A stretch of DNA of 64,000 nucleotides from Candidatus Calditenuaceae archaeon (GTDB lineage Archaea > Thermoproteota > Nitrososphaeria_A > Caldarchaeales > Calditenuaceae). Numbering within the stretch: position 1 is the first letter of the stretch; every line of letters begins with the position of its first letter. Made by a program: the position numbers and the translations under genes. The stretch spans positions 23,711-87,710 of the forward strand of contig JANXEU010000028.1 in the NCBI GenBank assembly GCA_025058055.1. The letters are read 5' to 3'. Below are positions 49,859 through 59,797 of this stretch, piece after piece. Under the pieces are notes generated by a model. That model made no database searches and was not told where the DNA came from. It was given only the letters and a program-made list of their open reading frames with translations.

Positions 49859-51229
49859 TCACTTTCGATAGAACTCGGTCAGCTCCGAGATGGACCTGAT
49901 GTTCTCAACTGACGTGGATGTGCGAAACAGCTGGTCAGACCGCTCAGCACCGATCACCGGCTTCACGAGTCTCATGAACTTCTCGAACAGCAGGCTCTCG
50001 GACATCGGGTTCTTGTAGTGTCCGATGGGGTAGATGACCTCCTTTGAGAGTGTGCGCCCGTCAGATGTCTTCAGAATCACCCTGTTAGGTACCGCAGACG
50101 GATAGATCTCGTCGTATTTCGGATCGACATCGACTCGCGTCTTAGCTAGGAGTTCTAAGACCCTCGGCTCGTTGAGCTTCTCATCGGTGTAAGAGTCGAC
50201 CCAAATGTCACCGTCGATCAGCGTCCTAGCGGTGATGTAAGGCAGACTGTGATCTGCAGTCTCTCTGGTCCTCGGTCTCCACTTCTCCGGGTCCTTGACT
50301 ATGATCTTATACGAGACCGTGAAGGTGAAGGTCTCGATGCTCTTGATCTCGCTGACATCGGCAATGCTCTTCCTGAGCTCTACCGCGGCCTCTACCGCGG
50401 ACATCGAGTGATATTCCACTGGCCACCTCTTGATGCTGGTCATAAGGGTTCGGAAAGACTGGCCGTCCTGACCACCAAATGGTGGGACGTTTGGATGGGT
50501 CCCTGCAACGACTCTCCAGAAACCCATCTCGCCTTCGAAGATCGGTGAAGGGCCGGTCATTCCCTCCGAGGCCAGCATGGCAGCGAAAACTCCGTGTCGA
50601 GCCGCGTAAGCCGCAGCGCATCCCTTCCACATGCTCAGCTCGCCGGCTCTAGTCTGCCTAAGGGCAGCTGCGTTTACGCCCGCTATGTTGACAGCCTGCA
50701 CGGTCCTCTGGTGATCGAGGTCCAACAGCTTCGCCGCACCCGCTGACGCACCGAACGCGATGTTAGCGACGTGGTCGTATCCTCTGTCCCTGAGCGTAAC
50801 AGTATCGGCAAGCGCTAAAGCAACCTCGTAGGCCGCCACTATGGAGGTCACCAGCTCCTTCCCAGAGGCGCCGACCGACTCGCCCAACGCGATCAATCCT
50901 GGAATCATGTCACTGGGATGAAGCGCTTCCTTCGAGAGGTAAGTGTCGTTGAAGTCGAGGTACCGCACTGCTACACCGTTGGCGAATGCGGCCATGTCCG
51001 GTGAAACTTTTTGACCTGATAGGAGAAGAGATGACCCTTGGACAGTTCTGAACTTCTCGGCAACCTTCCTGGCCACGATGACTGGTTCAGCGTAAGCAGC
51101 GCCGTACATCGTGGCTAACGAGTCTACAACTCTTCTGCTGATCTCTTTTCGCAGCAGCGGATCGAGATCCTTGAACTCAAGCGACGTTACATAATCCGCA
51201 ATCCTTTCAGCGACAGTTTTCAACGACAT
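49859..51229 (-). CDS. prpD: MmgE/PrpD-family 2-methylcitrate dehydratase
   Basis: 456 aa with the N-terminal family pattern (IADYVTSLEFKDLDPLLRKEISRRVVDSLA), sitting between the citrate synthase and lyase genes. Confidence 0.8.
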   Translation of the reverse strand: MSLKTVAERIADYVTSLEFKDLDPLLRKEISRRVVDSLATMYGAAYAEPVIVARKVAEKFRTVQGSSLLLSGQKVSPDMAAFANGVAVRYLDFNDTYLSKEALHPSDMIPGLIALGESVGASGKELVTSIVAAYEVALALADTVTLRDRGYDHVANIAFGASAGAAKLLDLDHQRTVQAVNIAGVNAAALRQTRAGELSMWKGCAAAYAARHGVFAAMLASEGMTGPSPIFEGEMGFWRVVAGTHPNVPPFGGQDGQSFRTLMTSIKRWPVEYHSMSAVEAAVELRKSIADVSEIKSIETFTFTVSYKIIVKDPEKWRPRTRETADHSLPYITARTLIDGDIWVDSYTDEKLNEPRVLELLAKTRVDVDPKYDEIYPSAVPNRVILKTSDGRTLSKEVIYPIGHYKNPMSESLLFEKFMRLVKPVIGAERSDQLFRTSTSVENIRSISELTEFYRK

Positions 51230-51261
51230 CGATTCGTTGGAGGCTCAGTGAAATAAATAAC

Positions 51262-52035
51262 CTACGGTCTCCCCTCTTCCCTATTCGGAGCCGATTTGTG
51301 ATGGAACTCTGACGACGTATCTACCGAGATGATGGCCCTGAAGATGGCACGGCCAACCTTGTTCACGTACTCTCTCAAATGTTCGGCGTGATGCATAGGG
51401 AGGTGCTCCACTAAGTTGTCGCTGACCAGCAACGCCGCACCCGATTTCACGCCTCGCATCATGCAGATCCCAAATATCGTAGCACACTCCATCTCGACAG
51501 AGATGTAACCTCTAGACACCCACTTCTTCACGAAGTCAGGGTCCTCCGCGTAGAAGGCATCGCTGGAGAAGACTGGTCCGATGTAAGGTCGAATCCCTGA
51601 CGAGGTGAGCTCGTCTACGACTCTCCTCTGAACTTCGAAGCTCGGGACAGGTGTTATGCGAGCGTCGGGAACGTATTGCAAGAGCGGACCGCCGACGTAG
51701 GCTGCACCCGTAGGTACTACGACGTCCCCGATCCTCATCCCCTCCAAAAACGCACCGGTCGTGCCCAACCTCACGATGACCTTAGACCCCAGCATGATCA
51801 ACTCCTCGACGACGCCAGCAGACGACGCTCCACCGACGCCGTGACACGCAACCGTTACCGGCACCCCTTCGAACTTACCAGTATACGTGAGAAAGCCTCT
51901 GCTCTCATTGACGAGATTGGGGTCATCGAGCTGCTCGGAGAGCTGCTTCACCCTCGCAGGATCCCCCACTACCACAGCCCTCTCCGCAATCAGCCCCCTC
52001 TTGGCCCTGATGAAAACTGGTTCCGGCACGGTCAC
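51262..52035 (-). CDS. PNP/UDP-family-1 nucleoside phosphorylase (purine/uridine/MTA phosphorylase)
   Basis: VVVGDPARV, VTVACHGVGGASSAGVVEELI, VRLGTTGA and SVEMECATIF motifs. Confidence 0.75.
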   Translation of the reverse strand: MTVPEPVFIRAKRGLIAERAVVVGDPARVKQLSEQLDDPNLVNESRGFLTYTGKFEGVPVTVACHGVGGASSAGVVEELIMLGSKVIVRLGTTGAFLEGMRIGDVVVPTGAAYVGGPLLQYVPDARITPVPSFEVQRRVVDELTSSGIRPYIGPVFSSDAFYAEDPDFVKKWVSRGYISVEMECATIFGICMMRGVKSGAALLVSDNLVEHLPMHHAEHLREYVNKVGRAIFRAIISVDTSSEFHHKSAPNREEGRP

Positions 52036-52107
52036 GCCTTTCTCCAGCCAAATATCAGCGTTTTCGCAGTCTAGAGGAGGAGAGCGCGCTCGTATGCGGA
52101 CTGAGCT

Positions 52108-53385
52108 CTAACGTTCGTTTCGATCGCTCACGAACTGCTCGGACTCGGTAGAGCCCGCAAGGGCCTTCGCCGACGCCTCTCCGCCGGTAATAACGTCGTA
52201 CAGTTTGTCGTAGTAATGAACACCGACGAAGCTCTGGTGCTTTGCAGCTCTGTAACCGTCCCTCTCGAGCTCGAACTCGTGCTCCTGAAGTTCTACGTAG
52301 GCCGGCATGTTCTCCCTCTTGAGTCCTTTCGCAAGCTCGAACATAGAAGCGTTGAGCGCATGAAAGCCTGCGAGCGTTATGAACTGAAACTTGTAGCCCA
52401 TCCGCCCCAGTTCGCTCTGAAACTCAGCGATCTCCTCATCGCTCAGCGTCTTCTTCCAGTTGAAGGATGGCGAGAGGTTATACGCGAGCATCTTCTCCGG
52501 ATAACGCGAGAGAAACTTCTTCGCGAACTCCTTAGCTTCGTCAAGGCTCGGCCTCTTCGTCTCGAACCACACGAGCTCAGCGAGTGGCGCTACCTCTAGC
52601 GCCCTGTCTATTGCCGCGTCGAGCCCCCCTCTGAACTTGAAGTAACCCTCGGGAGTCCTCTCACCGTAAATGTACTTGCTGTCGACAGGGTCGTGGTCGC
52701 TGGTGATGTAGGAGGCACCTTCTGCATCGGTGCGCGCTATCAGGACCATGGGGACTTCCAAAACGTCGGCGGCTAGCCTTGCAGCCACCAACATCCTCTT
52801 GAAGTTGCTGAGTGGAGCCAGCACCTTACCTCCGAGATGGCCGCACCTTCTCTCTGTGGGATGCTGGTCCTCCAGATGAACGGACGCCGCACCGGCCTCC
52901 AAGAAACCGCTCACCAACTCGAAGACGTGTAAAGGACCACCAAACCCGGCCTCCCCGTCTGCGATGAGGGGAACGAAGTAGTCCGGACCTCTCCTGCCCT
53001 CCAAAGCCCTCAGCTGATCTGCCCTTCTCAGGGCCCTGATGATCCTCCTCACGAGTGTGGGGCCACTATTGCTGGGATAGAGACCGAGGTCGGGATACAT
53101 CGAGTGGTTTTCGTTGGCGTCGGCGGCTATCTGCCATCCACTGACGTAGATCGCCTCGAACCCCGCATCGATCATCTGAATTGCCTGACCACCCGTCAGA
53201 GCCCCTATCGCGAATACGTAGGGTCTAGACTTGAGGAGACTCCAGAACTTCTCCGATAACTCCCTCGCGACGACACAGTCTGACGGCCAGCTACCCCTGA
53301 GCAACTCAACGTCCTCTCTGGAGTAAGGCCGTTCTATGCCGCGCCACCTATCACCTCGCCAGTTCATGGAGCTCGGGGACTTCAT
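52108..53385 (-). CDS. Isocitrate lyase-family enzyme (isocitrate or methylisocitrate lyase)
   Basis: 425 aa with the catalytic signature ERRCGHLGGKVLAP, YVSGWQIAADAN and IADGEAGFGG. The size fits ICL rather than short PrpB. Confidence 0.8.
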   Translation of the reverse strand: MKSPSSMNWRGDRWRGIERPYSREDVELLRGSWPSDCVVARELSEKFWSLLKSRPYVFAIGALTGGQAIQMIDAGFEAIYVSGWQIAADANENHSMYPDLGLYPSNSGPTLVRRIIRALRRADQLRALEGRRGPDYFVPLIADGEAGFGGPLHVFELVSGFLEAGAASVHLEDQHPTERRCGHLGGKVLAPLSNFKRMLVAARLAADVLEVPMVLIARTDAEGASYITSDHDPVDSKYIYGERTPEGYFKFRGGLDAAIDRALEVAPLAELVWFETKRPSLDEAKEFAKKFLSRYPEKMLAYNLSPSFNWKKTLSDEEIAEFQSELGRMGYKFQFITLAGFHALNASMFELAKGLKRENMPAYVELQEHEFELERDGYRAAKHQSFVGVHYYDKLYDVITGGEASAKALAGSTESEQFVSDRNER

Positions 53386-53535
53386 TATCCTCCCTAATTT
53401 AACTGTATACTGAGGATCTCCAGAACTTACTTTATCAATACAATCCTATACCTTCTTCAAGTTTCTGATTACGAATGCGATACAAATGGAGACGGTAATC
53501 GTAGAACCAGCTCGGAAACAAGGACGAAACTTACA

Positions 53536-54150
53536 CTACCGCAATGGGTTCTCTCTGAGATATCTCCTGATGACGTACACGGAGACCAGTAGTAGCAGTA
53601 CCGTCACGACGACGTTCAACGGATACGGAAACCACAGAGAGGGTGTTGTCGCTAACGACAGCGCGGCTAGGGTCGTGGGCAAAAGGAAGAAGAGAAGGGC
53701 TGTGAAGATGAGGTCGTAGAGTCTTGAAGAGATGAGCTGCGATAACGAGTCCAACCAGCTGTCCTTGATCGGCGCGTCTGCAGGTTGCGTCTGAAGGGTC
53801 AACAATAGGTCCGCGAACACCTTTCCGTCGGACGAGTAGACGCCGTCCGGTGACACGAGGGCCACGTTTTTGTCCCCAGACCTAATGAGTATTACATTCG
53901 ATGTCGGGATCGTGTCTAGACCATGCATCTTCGCCACTCGAGTTACAGCCCTTATTGTTGCATCGTTGATCTTGATGTTCAGCTTCGGGTCCGAGTAGCC
54001 GATCACCAAGGGCTCCACCGAGGCGACCCTGTTAACCGTGAACTTTTCGTCTCTGAACGTCGGAACGTCCTTCATCACGGCGCTCGGCGAGGCGCCCTGA
54101 GACACCTGCGATCTCACCCACTCAACAGCTTTCTCGAACGCTTCGGACAT
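53536..54150 (-). CDS. Hypothetical protein with soluble N-terminal domain and two C-terminal TM helices
   Basis: 204-aa clean ORF; no family recognised. Confidence 0.4.
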   Translation of the reverse strand: MSEAFEKAVEWVRSQVSQGASPSAVMKDVPTFRDEKFTVNRVASVEPLVIGYSDPKLNIKINDATIRAVTRVAKMHGLDTIPTSNVILIRSGDKNVALVSPDGVYSSDGKVFADLLLTLQTQPADAPIKDSWLDSLSQLISSRLYDLIFTALLFFLLPTTLAALSLATTPSLWFPYPLNVVVTVLLLLVSVYVIRRYLRENPLR

Positions 54151-54228
54151 CCGTAAACCCGATGCCCTGCCATTAATTTTAACGTTCTTTTGATAGAAGC
54201 AACTCTATATTGATCGAATCGGGGGAAT

Positions 54229-54615
54229 TTGGAGATGGCCGCACCGATCGAGCAGCTCTGGTTCCTCTGGGACCCATTCGTTCTCTACGTGATACTCGTG
54301 CTTCTTGCGCCAGACATCTTCTATCTCGTCTCTTGGTTGATAGCGCCAAGGAGGCCTTCTAGGGTTAAGAAGACGGCCTTCGAGTCTGGTCAGGCACCTA
54401 TTAGATCGGCGCTAGGGTCTTTTCCGGTCGAGTACTTCCCTTACGTCATCATCTACGTGGCTTATGCCGTCATAGCCATACTGATCTTCGTATCACTCGT
54501 TGCTGTCGCCGAGGCCGGTGTTACACCGTCTCTGTTGCTGCTGTTGACTTTAGCGACCATCGCGTCCTTCTACGCCAGCTCTCAACTGAAGGAGATAGTG
54601 GGTAGAAGGGGATGA
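54229..54615 (+). CDS. nuoA: NADH-quinone oxidoreductase subunit A (ND3 homolog)
   Basis: 128 aa with three TM segments and FESGQAP...FPVEYFPYVIIYVAYAVIAILIF. Confidence 0.8.
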   Translation: MEMAAPIEQLWFLWDPFVLYVILVLLAPDIFYLVSWLIAPRRPSRVKKTAFESGQAPIRSALGSFPVEYFPYVIIYVAYAVIAILIFVSLVAVAEAGVTPSLLLLLTLATIASFYASSQLKEIVGRRG

Positions 54616-54619
54616 GGCC

Positions 54620-55672
54620 ATGATCGAACAGCTCGCACAATCGATCGTGAGCGCTCCCGAACCGATCAGGACGTTGCTCAGTTGGATCTTCTCTGAGGCC
54701 TTCATTAAGGCAGCTATCTTCCCTGGTGCTCTGTTCAGCACGATCTTGGGGATGTTCGCGGTGTGGTACGAGAGGAAGCTTCTGGCTAGAGTCATGCTGA
54801 GAGTAGGCCCAATGCACGTCGGGAAGGTCTCGGGGATCCTGCAACTGATCGCAGACGCTGTCAAGTTCCTCGCGAAGGAACCCATCACACCCTCATCGGC
54901 CATAAGGCCGCTTTTCTGGGTCATGCCCTCGGCAGCGCTGCTGCTCTCGCTCCTGCTCTTCGCCTTCCTCCCATTCGGCGCAGGGTGGATAATCTACCCA
55001 AGCGAGATCGGACTGCTGCTGTTCTTCGCGGTGATCGCGGTCTCACCGATACCGATACTCTTGGCTGCCTATGCGTCAGGTAGCAAATATCCGTTCATCG
55101 GTCTGACCAGAATGGCCCTCCAGCTCTTCGGATACGAAATACCTCTCTTCTTGGCGCTGGCTGGAGTTGTTCTGATGGCCGGGTCCTTCAACCTTCAGGA
55201 GATAGTCGAGGCTCAAGCCAGAGCCCCGTTCGTTCTGCCTCAGTTCATCGGTTTCGTAGTGTTCTTCACTGCAGCGCTCGCGGAGACCGAAAGGGTACCC
55301 TTCGACATACCCACGGCAGAGGGTGAGATAGTCTTCGGCTGGCAGACCGAGTACTCCGGTGCCCACTTCGTCGTCTTTCAGTTGGCGATGTACGAAAAGA
55401 CTCTGGCCCTTTGTGTCCTAGGTTCGCTGCTCTACCTAGGAGGGTGGCACGGCCCACCGTTGCCGTTCGTGCCCGAAACGATCTCGGCCCCGTTCTGGGT
55501 GGTAGTGAAGTCGCTGATCGTTTTCACGTTGATGGTTCTGATAAGAGGGGCTTATCCGAGGCTCTCTATTGACAGGGTCTTAGACATAGGATGGAGGTAC
55601 CTCATACCTCTAGCGCTGTTGAACTTGCTCATCACCGGCGCGATCGTATACTTCTTGGGAACACTCGGGTGA
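54620..55672 (+). CDS. nuoH: NADH-quinone oxidoreductase subunit H (ND1 homolog)
   Basis: 350 aa with WYERKLLARVMLRVGPMHVGKVSGILQLIADAVKF, AETERVPFDIPTAEGEIV and RGAYPRLSIDRVL motifs. Confidence 0.9.
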   Translation: MIEQLAQSIVSAPEPIRTLLSWIFSEAFIKAAIFPGALFSTILGMFAVWYERKLLARVMLRVGPMHVGKVSGILQLIADAVKFLAKEPITPSSAIRPLFWVMPSAALLLSLLLFAFLPFGAGWIIYPSEIGLLLFFAVIAVSPIPILLAAYASGSKYPFIGLTRMALQLFGYEIPLFLALAGVVLMAGSFNLQEIVEAQARAPFVLPQFIGFVVFFTAALAETERVPFDIPTAEGEIVFGWQTEYSGAHFVVFQLAMYEKTLALCVLGSLLYLGGWHGPPLPFVPETISAPFWVVVKSLIVFTLMVLIRGAYPRLSIDRVLDIGWRYLIPLALLNLLITGAIVYFLGTLG

Positions 55673-55675
55673 CCC

Positions 55676-56014
55676 TCAGCCCTTCGCACGCTTGAACCTG
55701 AACTCAATTCCAACAGAGAGGATGTTCGCCCTAGAGATCGAGTAAACCGCCTGCTGAACGAGAAGAGCGTGATCCACATCGTCAAGTTTGCCGTTCGATT
55801 GGGAAATTTTCTGGTTCATGGTTTTCACGTTATTGACAAGGTCGGTCAGTCCTGAGAGCTCGCTTAAGAGTTCGTCGTTCTCCAGCTCCTTGGCTTGCTC
55901 GGCAGCTCTCCTCACGAATTCGTAGTCGTCGGTCTCTATGAAGGTCCTCAGGTCGGCAATCAAGAGCCGCAGCCGCTCCCAACACTCTCGTAGCCTCTTC
56001 TCTCCTAGGGGCAT
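55676..56014 (-). CDS. Hypothetical coiled-coil protein
   Basis: 112 aa, helical/acidic; no family recognised. Confidence 0.35.
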   Translation of the reverse strand: MPLGEKRLRECWERLRLLIADLRTFIETDDYEFVRRAAEQAKELENDELLSELSGLTDLVNNVKTMNQKISQSNGKLDDVDHALLVQQAVYSISRANILSVGIEFRFKRAKG

Positions 56015-56121
56015 CGGTAATTTCTTTGCGAGGCGCTATTTGAGCCGCTCATACTCACCACACGACGGCCGGAAACTGGTGTGAACCGTTTTTAGCTGGG
56101 CTAGATGAAGTCGGAGAGGCG

Positions 56122-56979
56122 ATGTCGGCTACCGCACTGCTAAGGCCAAGGGAGCGCAAGGCGAGGGAGATCGAGCATTTGGAAAGGCTGATGAGATCTA
56201 ACTCGGTCATCATGGTACTGAACTTGACCAAAAGCAGCACGAACGTCCTTCAGAGCTTCAGGAGCAGCATACGGACAAAGGCGACCGTGAGAGCGACGAA
56301 GAAGAACCTCGCGATCAAGGCGGCCGAGCGTGTAGGGAGGAGGGCTGTCGCGGAATACCTGGCAGGCATCAACCACCCTATCGCACTGGTGTTCTCGCAG
56401 ACGAATCCGTTCTTGTTGAAGCAGGAGATCGACGCCAGCAGAATACTGACTCCACCGAGGGCTGGGGAAGTGGCAGACATCGATGTCACAGTGCCCGAGA
56501 TGAACACAGGGATTCCCCCGGGTCCGATACTCTCAGAGTTCGGGAAGCTCAGGATACCAACGAAGATCGAGGGAGGGACAATCTGGATAGCGAGGGAGAC
56601 CGTCGTCGCGAAGAAGGGGGACTCGATCTCTCCACCACTGGCTAGCCTTCTGAGCAAGCTTGACATCCCCGCAGTGTACAGGGGTCTAAACGTCGTGGCG
56701 GCCATCGACGGCGAGCTGGTCATCCCAAGAGATCAACTGGCGCTGGATTTCGAGTCTGTCAAGAGGGACGTGGGCGCGTGCTACTCCACAGCTAGGGCTT
56801 TGTTGATGGAGCTAGGAATTCCGGAGCCGGAAGTCATCATCGACCTTCTGGCCCTAGCCCATCTAAAGGCTATCAGGGTAGCAACCGAGTCAGGATACGT
56901 AACACCGGAGACCGTAGCGGCTGTCCTGCGGAAGGCCGAAGCCCAAGCGAGGGCGCTCGCCACCCTCATCGGCCAGTGA
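56122..56979 (+). CDS. rplP0: 50S ribosomal stalk protein uL10 (P0), lacking the usual acidic C-terminal tail
   Basis: 285 aa with the N-terminal rRNA-binding domain (VIMVLNLTKSSTNVLQSFRSSIRTKATVRATKKNL) and an inserted domain. Three spine-helix-like segments end in ...GYVTPETVAAVLRKAEAQARALATLIGQ*. There is no A/P-rich linker and no EEE...GLxxLFG tail. Confidence 0.8.
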   Translation: MSATALLRPRERKAREIEHLERLMRSNSVIMVLNLTKSSTNVLQSFRSSIRTKATVRATKKNLAIKAAERVGRRAVAEYLAGINHPIALVFSQTNPFLLKQEIDASRILTPPRAGEVADIDVTVPEMNTGIPPGPILSEFGKLRIPTKIEGGTIWIARETVVAKKGDSISPPLASLLSKLDIPAVYRGLNVVAAIDGELVIPRDQLALDFESVKRDVGACYSTARALLMELGIPEPEVIIDLLALAHLKAIRVATESGYVTPETVAAVLRKAEAQARALATLIGQ

Positions 56980-59767
56980 TTCCGGTGATGATGTCCAGTA
57001 GCCTGCTGTAGAGCTCGCCGACCTTAAGGCCGGAAACCTCGAACCTCAGGGCCCTGGTTCCCGAATCGGATACCTCGGAACCGATCGACGCTCTTATGGC
57101 AGCCCTCAGGTTATCGACCCTCAACCCGTGCGACGCAGCCTGTCTGTTAACCGAGAGCCAGACCCCGAGCCCGCTGGGCTCCTGTCTGAACAACAGTATC
57201 ACGGTCGGTTCTTGGACGTTGTTGACGGTCTGCAGCATCTCCGAGATCAGCGCGTTATTTCTGGTCTTCAGGTAGTCGAAGACAACACGCACGCTCCCGG
57301 CCCTCTCCTCCTTCTGGAACCTCCTGAACCCGAACCACGCCCTAGCCGCGAGCGCGTAGTGGGCCCTCAGGCAGGACTGGAGCGTCTCAAGTTCTTCTGG
57401 CCTCTCTGCCCCGACTTGTTCGAGGAACTTCTCGACGTGAAGGCTGAGTTCTCTGTTCTCGGCTCTCAAGGTCTCGAGCTCCCCGCCGAGCTTCTCGAGC
57501 TGACTTTGAACGTACTCGAGGGCTGCTGGACCAGCGGCGTACTCGAGCCTTACGACTCCGTCCGCGATCTTCTCAGCACTCAGAACCTTGATGAAGCCCA
57601 CCTCTGAGGTGTTGCTGCAATGCGTTCCTCCGCAGGCCTCCGCGTCCCATTCGGGTATGATCACGACTCTCACAACACCTGCAGGGGCCTCGCCTCCTTG
57701 ATAGAGAGTGAAACCAAACGTGCGTTCGGCCTCGTGACGCTGCGCCCATTTCACCTCAACCGGCAGCCTCCTGGCAACGACCTCGTTGGCGAGGCGCTCG
57801 ATCCTCCTCAGCTCCTCCTCGGTCAGTGACTTGTAATGGCTGACGTCGAGCCTTGCCTTGTTCTCCTCCTTCCGCGCACCCATCTGCCAAGCGTGCCTCC
57901 CCAGGACTCTCCTGACGGTCCCGATCAATATGTGGGTGGCTGTGTGATGTCTCATGATGCTGAGCCTCCTCTCCCTGTCAACGCGTCCCTTCACCACCTC
58001 CCCAACTACTGGGAGCTCACCTTGGACGAAGTGGACGATGACTCCGTCGTAAGACTGGACGTCCTCGACCCTGCAGCTGCCCGAGCTGTGTTCGATGATT
58101 CCGGTGTCGGCTACCTGACCTCCGCCCTCAGCATAGAAGCAGGTCGCGCTCAGAACGACCGCACCCCTCTCCGCTGCCAGGACTTTCGCCTCGAACTCGG
58201 TTCTGTATTGATCGACGTAGAAAAGCCTCTCGGTGGGAGGGAGGCCCCTCACGAGCGAGGAGAACGCGAGACCTATCTGATCCATCGATTCAGGCTTCGG
58301 TGACTCGGAGACGTGCATGCTAGCTACGATCTCTTGGACGTTCTCTGGAGCCTCGACATCAACTCCCGACCCCAGAGCGACCTCACGCACTAGATCCGGA
58401 GGCAAGCCGCGCTCGTCGTAGAGCCTTATCATCAGATCGGTTGTTACCTTGCCGCCGGTGGACTTGAGCTCCCTCATAGTCCTCTCCAAGAACGCCGAAC
58501 CCTTGGCGAGCGTCTCGGAGAACTTCCTCACCTCGTAGTCGACGAGCTCCAAGACGTCCTCTCTTGCCTCGAGCAGCTGTCTGAACCTCCTCCCCCAGAA
58601 CCTGAGTTGCAGGTCCAAGAGATCGATGAGCCTTTCATCTGCGCCAAGCCTGTTGAGCGTTCTGTGAAGACGCCTGATCAAAAGCCTCGCCAGATATCCG
58701 ACCCTCGTGTTGGAGGGCACGACGCCCTCTGAGATGATGAAGGCTACGCTCTTCGAGTAGTCTAGGGAGGCGTAGAACCTCTCAAGGGACTCGAGGTTCT
58801 TCAGAGCGGACCGCAGGTCGACACTCGCGAGCTGCGCGGCCCTGTTCCTAGCCTCGGCGATCGTTACCGAGCCTCCAGGTTGAATCCACGCCGAATACTT
58901 CCCGTATCTGTGAAGGAAATGTGGATCGACTCTGAAGGATCCGAGCAGTCTCTCGGCCTCGGAGAGGATCGGTGCGTAGACCACCTCGAAGGCGGTTGGT
59001 GAACCAGTACTCATCCACGCGAACCGCTCTATACCGTAACCCGTGTCGACTGTCCTGACCGGAAGCTCCTCGAGACCTCCGTCGAGGACCTTGTAGCTCA
59101 TGAAGACCAGCGTAGCGATCTCGAGGCCACCGACGTTCACCTCGAAGCAGGGCCCTGCGTTACCGCCACCGCTCCAAACGCCCTCCTTGTAGACCACCTC
59201 CTCCTCGTCGACTCCGAGACTCTCCAAGAACTCGGAGCAGAGCTCAACGGTCCTGTCCTTCCAGTAGACCTCCCTGTTCGGAAAATTGAAGGCGTGAGCA
59301 CCTCCCATCTCGAAGATCGTCATGTGACGACCGAGCGTGAGACCAACCTTGTCAACGTCGACCAGTCTAATGCACGGCTGACTGACAACTAACGGGTTAG
59401 CTGGCGGCTCCATTAACCCCGACGTCACGTGAGGTTGGAAGTCAACCACGCTCGCTGAGACAAGGTAGAGGTCTCTCCTCCACCTCGGAACGACAGGATA
59501 GGGGTCGATCGGTTCGTGACCCCGCTCCGCGAAGAACCCGATGAAGGCATCACGCATCTCATCGAGCGTGTACCTCCTCCGAGTCGGAGGGCTTCCGATG
59601 AACTCGTACGGAACGCAAGGAGCCTCGTTGCAGTTGTCCCTCTCGGGGTCAAGGGTCCAGAAGTGCTTGCCGCAGACCTTACACCTTCTCCTCATGAAAC
59701 CTCTTGACCTGAGGTACTCGATGTCGTAGGCCGATACGTCGAACTCCAACCTAGATCGACCTCGCAA
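56966..59767 (-). CDS. alaS: Alanyl-tRNA synthetase
   Basis: 933 aa with the archaeal N-terminus (YLRSRGFMRRRCKVCGKHFWTLDP), an editing-domain HHTATH motif and a C-terminal DHHA1-like region. TTG start 30 nt downstream of the P1 stop. Confidence 0.9.
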   Translation of the reverse strand: MRGRSRLEFDVSAYDIEYLRSRGFMRRRCKVCGKHFWTLDPERDNCNEAPCVPYEFIGSPPTRRRYTLDEMRDAFIGFFAERGHEPIDPYPVVPRWRRDLYLVSASVVDFQPHVTSGLMEPPANPLVVSQPCIRLVDVDKVGLTLGRHMTIFEMGGAHAFNFPNREVYWKDRTVELCSEFLESLGVDEEEVVYKEGVWSGGGNAGPCFEVNVGGLEIATLVFMSYKVLDGGLEELPVRTVDTGYGIERFAWMSTGSPTAFEVVYAPILSEAERLLGSFRVDPHFLHRYGKYSAWIQPGGSVTIAEARNRAAQLASVDLRSALKNLESLERFYASLDYSKSVAFIISEGVVPSNTRVGYLARLLIRRLHRTLNRLGADERLIDLLDLQLRFWGRRFRQLLEAREDVLELVDYEVRKFSETLAKGSAFLERTMRELKSTGGKVTTDLMIRLYDERGLPPDLVREVALGSGVDVEAPENVQEIVASMHVSESPKPESMDQIGLAFSSLVRGLPPTERLFYVDQYRTEFEAKVLAAERGAVVLSATCFYAEGGGQVADTGIIEHSSGSCRVEDVQSYDGVIVHFVQGELPVVGEVVKGRVDRERRLSIMRHHTATHILIGTVRRVLGRHAWQMGARKEENKARLDVSHYKSLTEEELRRIERLANEVVARRLPVEVKWAQRHEAERTFGFTLYQGGEAPAGVVRVVIIPEWDAEACGGTHCSNTSEVGFIKVLSAEKIADGVVRLEYAAGPAALEYVQSQLEKLGGELETLRAENRELSLHVEKFLEQVGAERPEELETLQSCLRAHYALAARAWFGFRRFQKEERAGSVRVVFDYLKTRNNALISEMLQTVNNVQEPTVILLFRQEPSGLGVWLSVNRQAASHGLRVDNLRAAIRASIGSEVSDSGTRALRFEVSGLKVGELYSRLLDIITGITGR

Positions 59768-59797
59768 AATGATGGTATAACGGTTTTCTTGTCCTCC

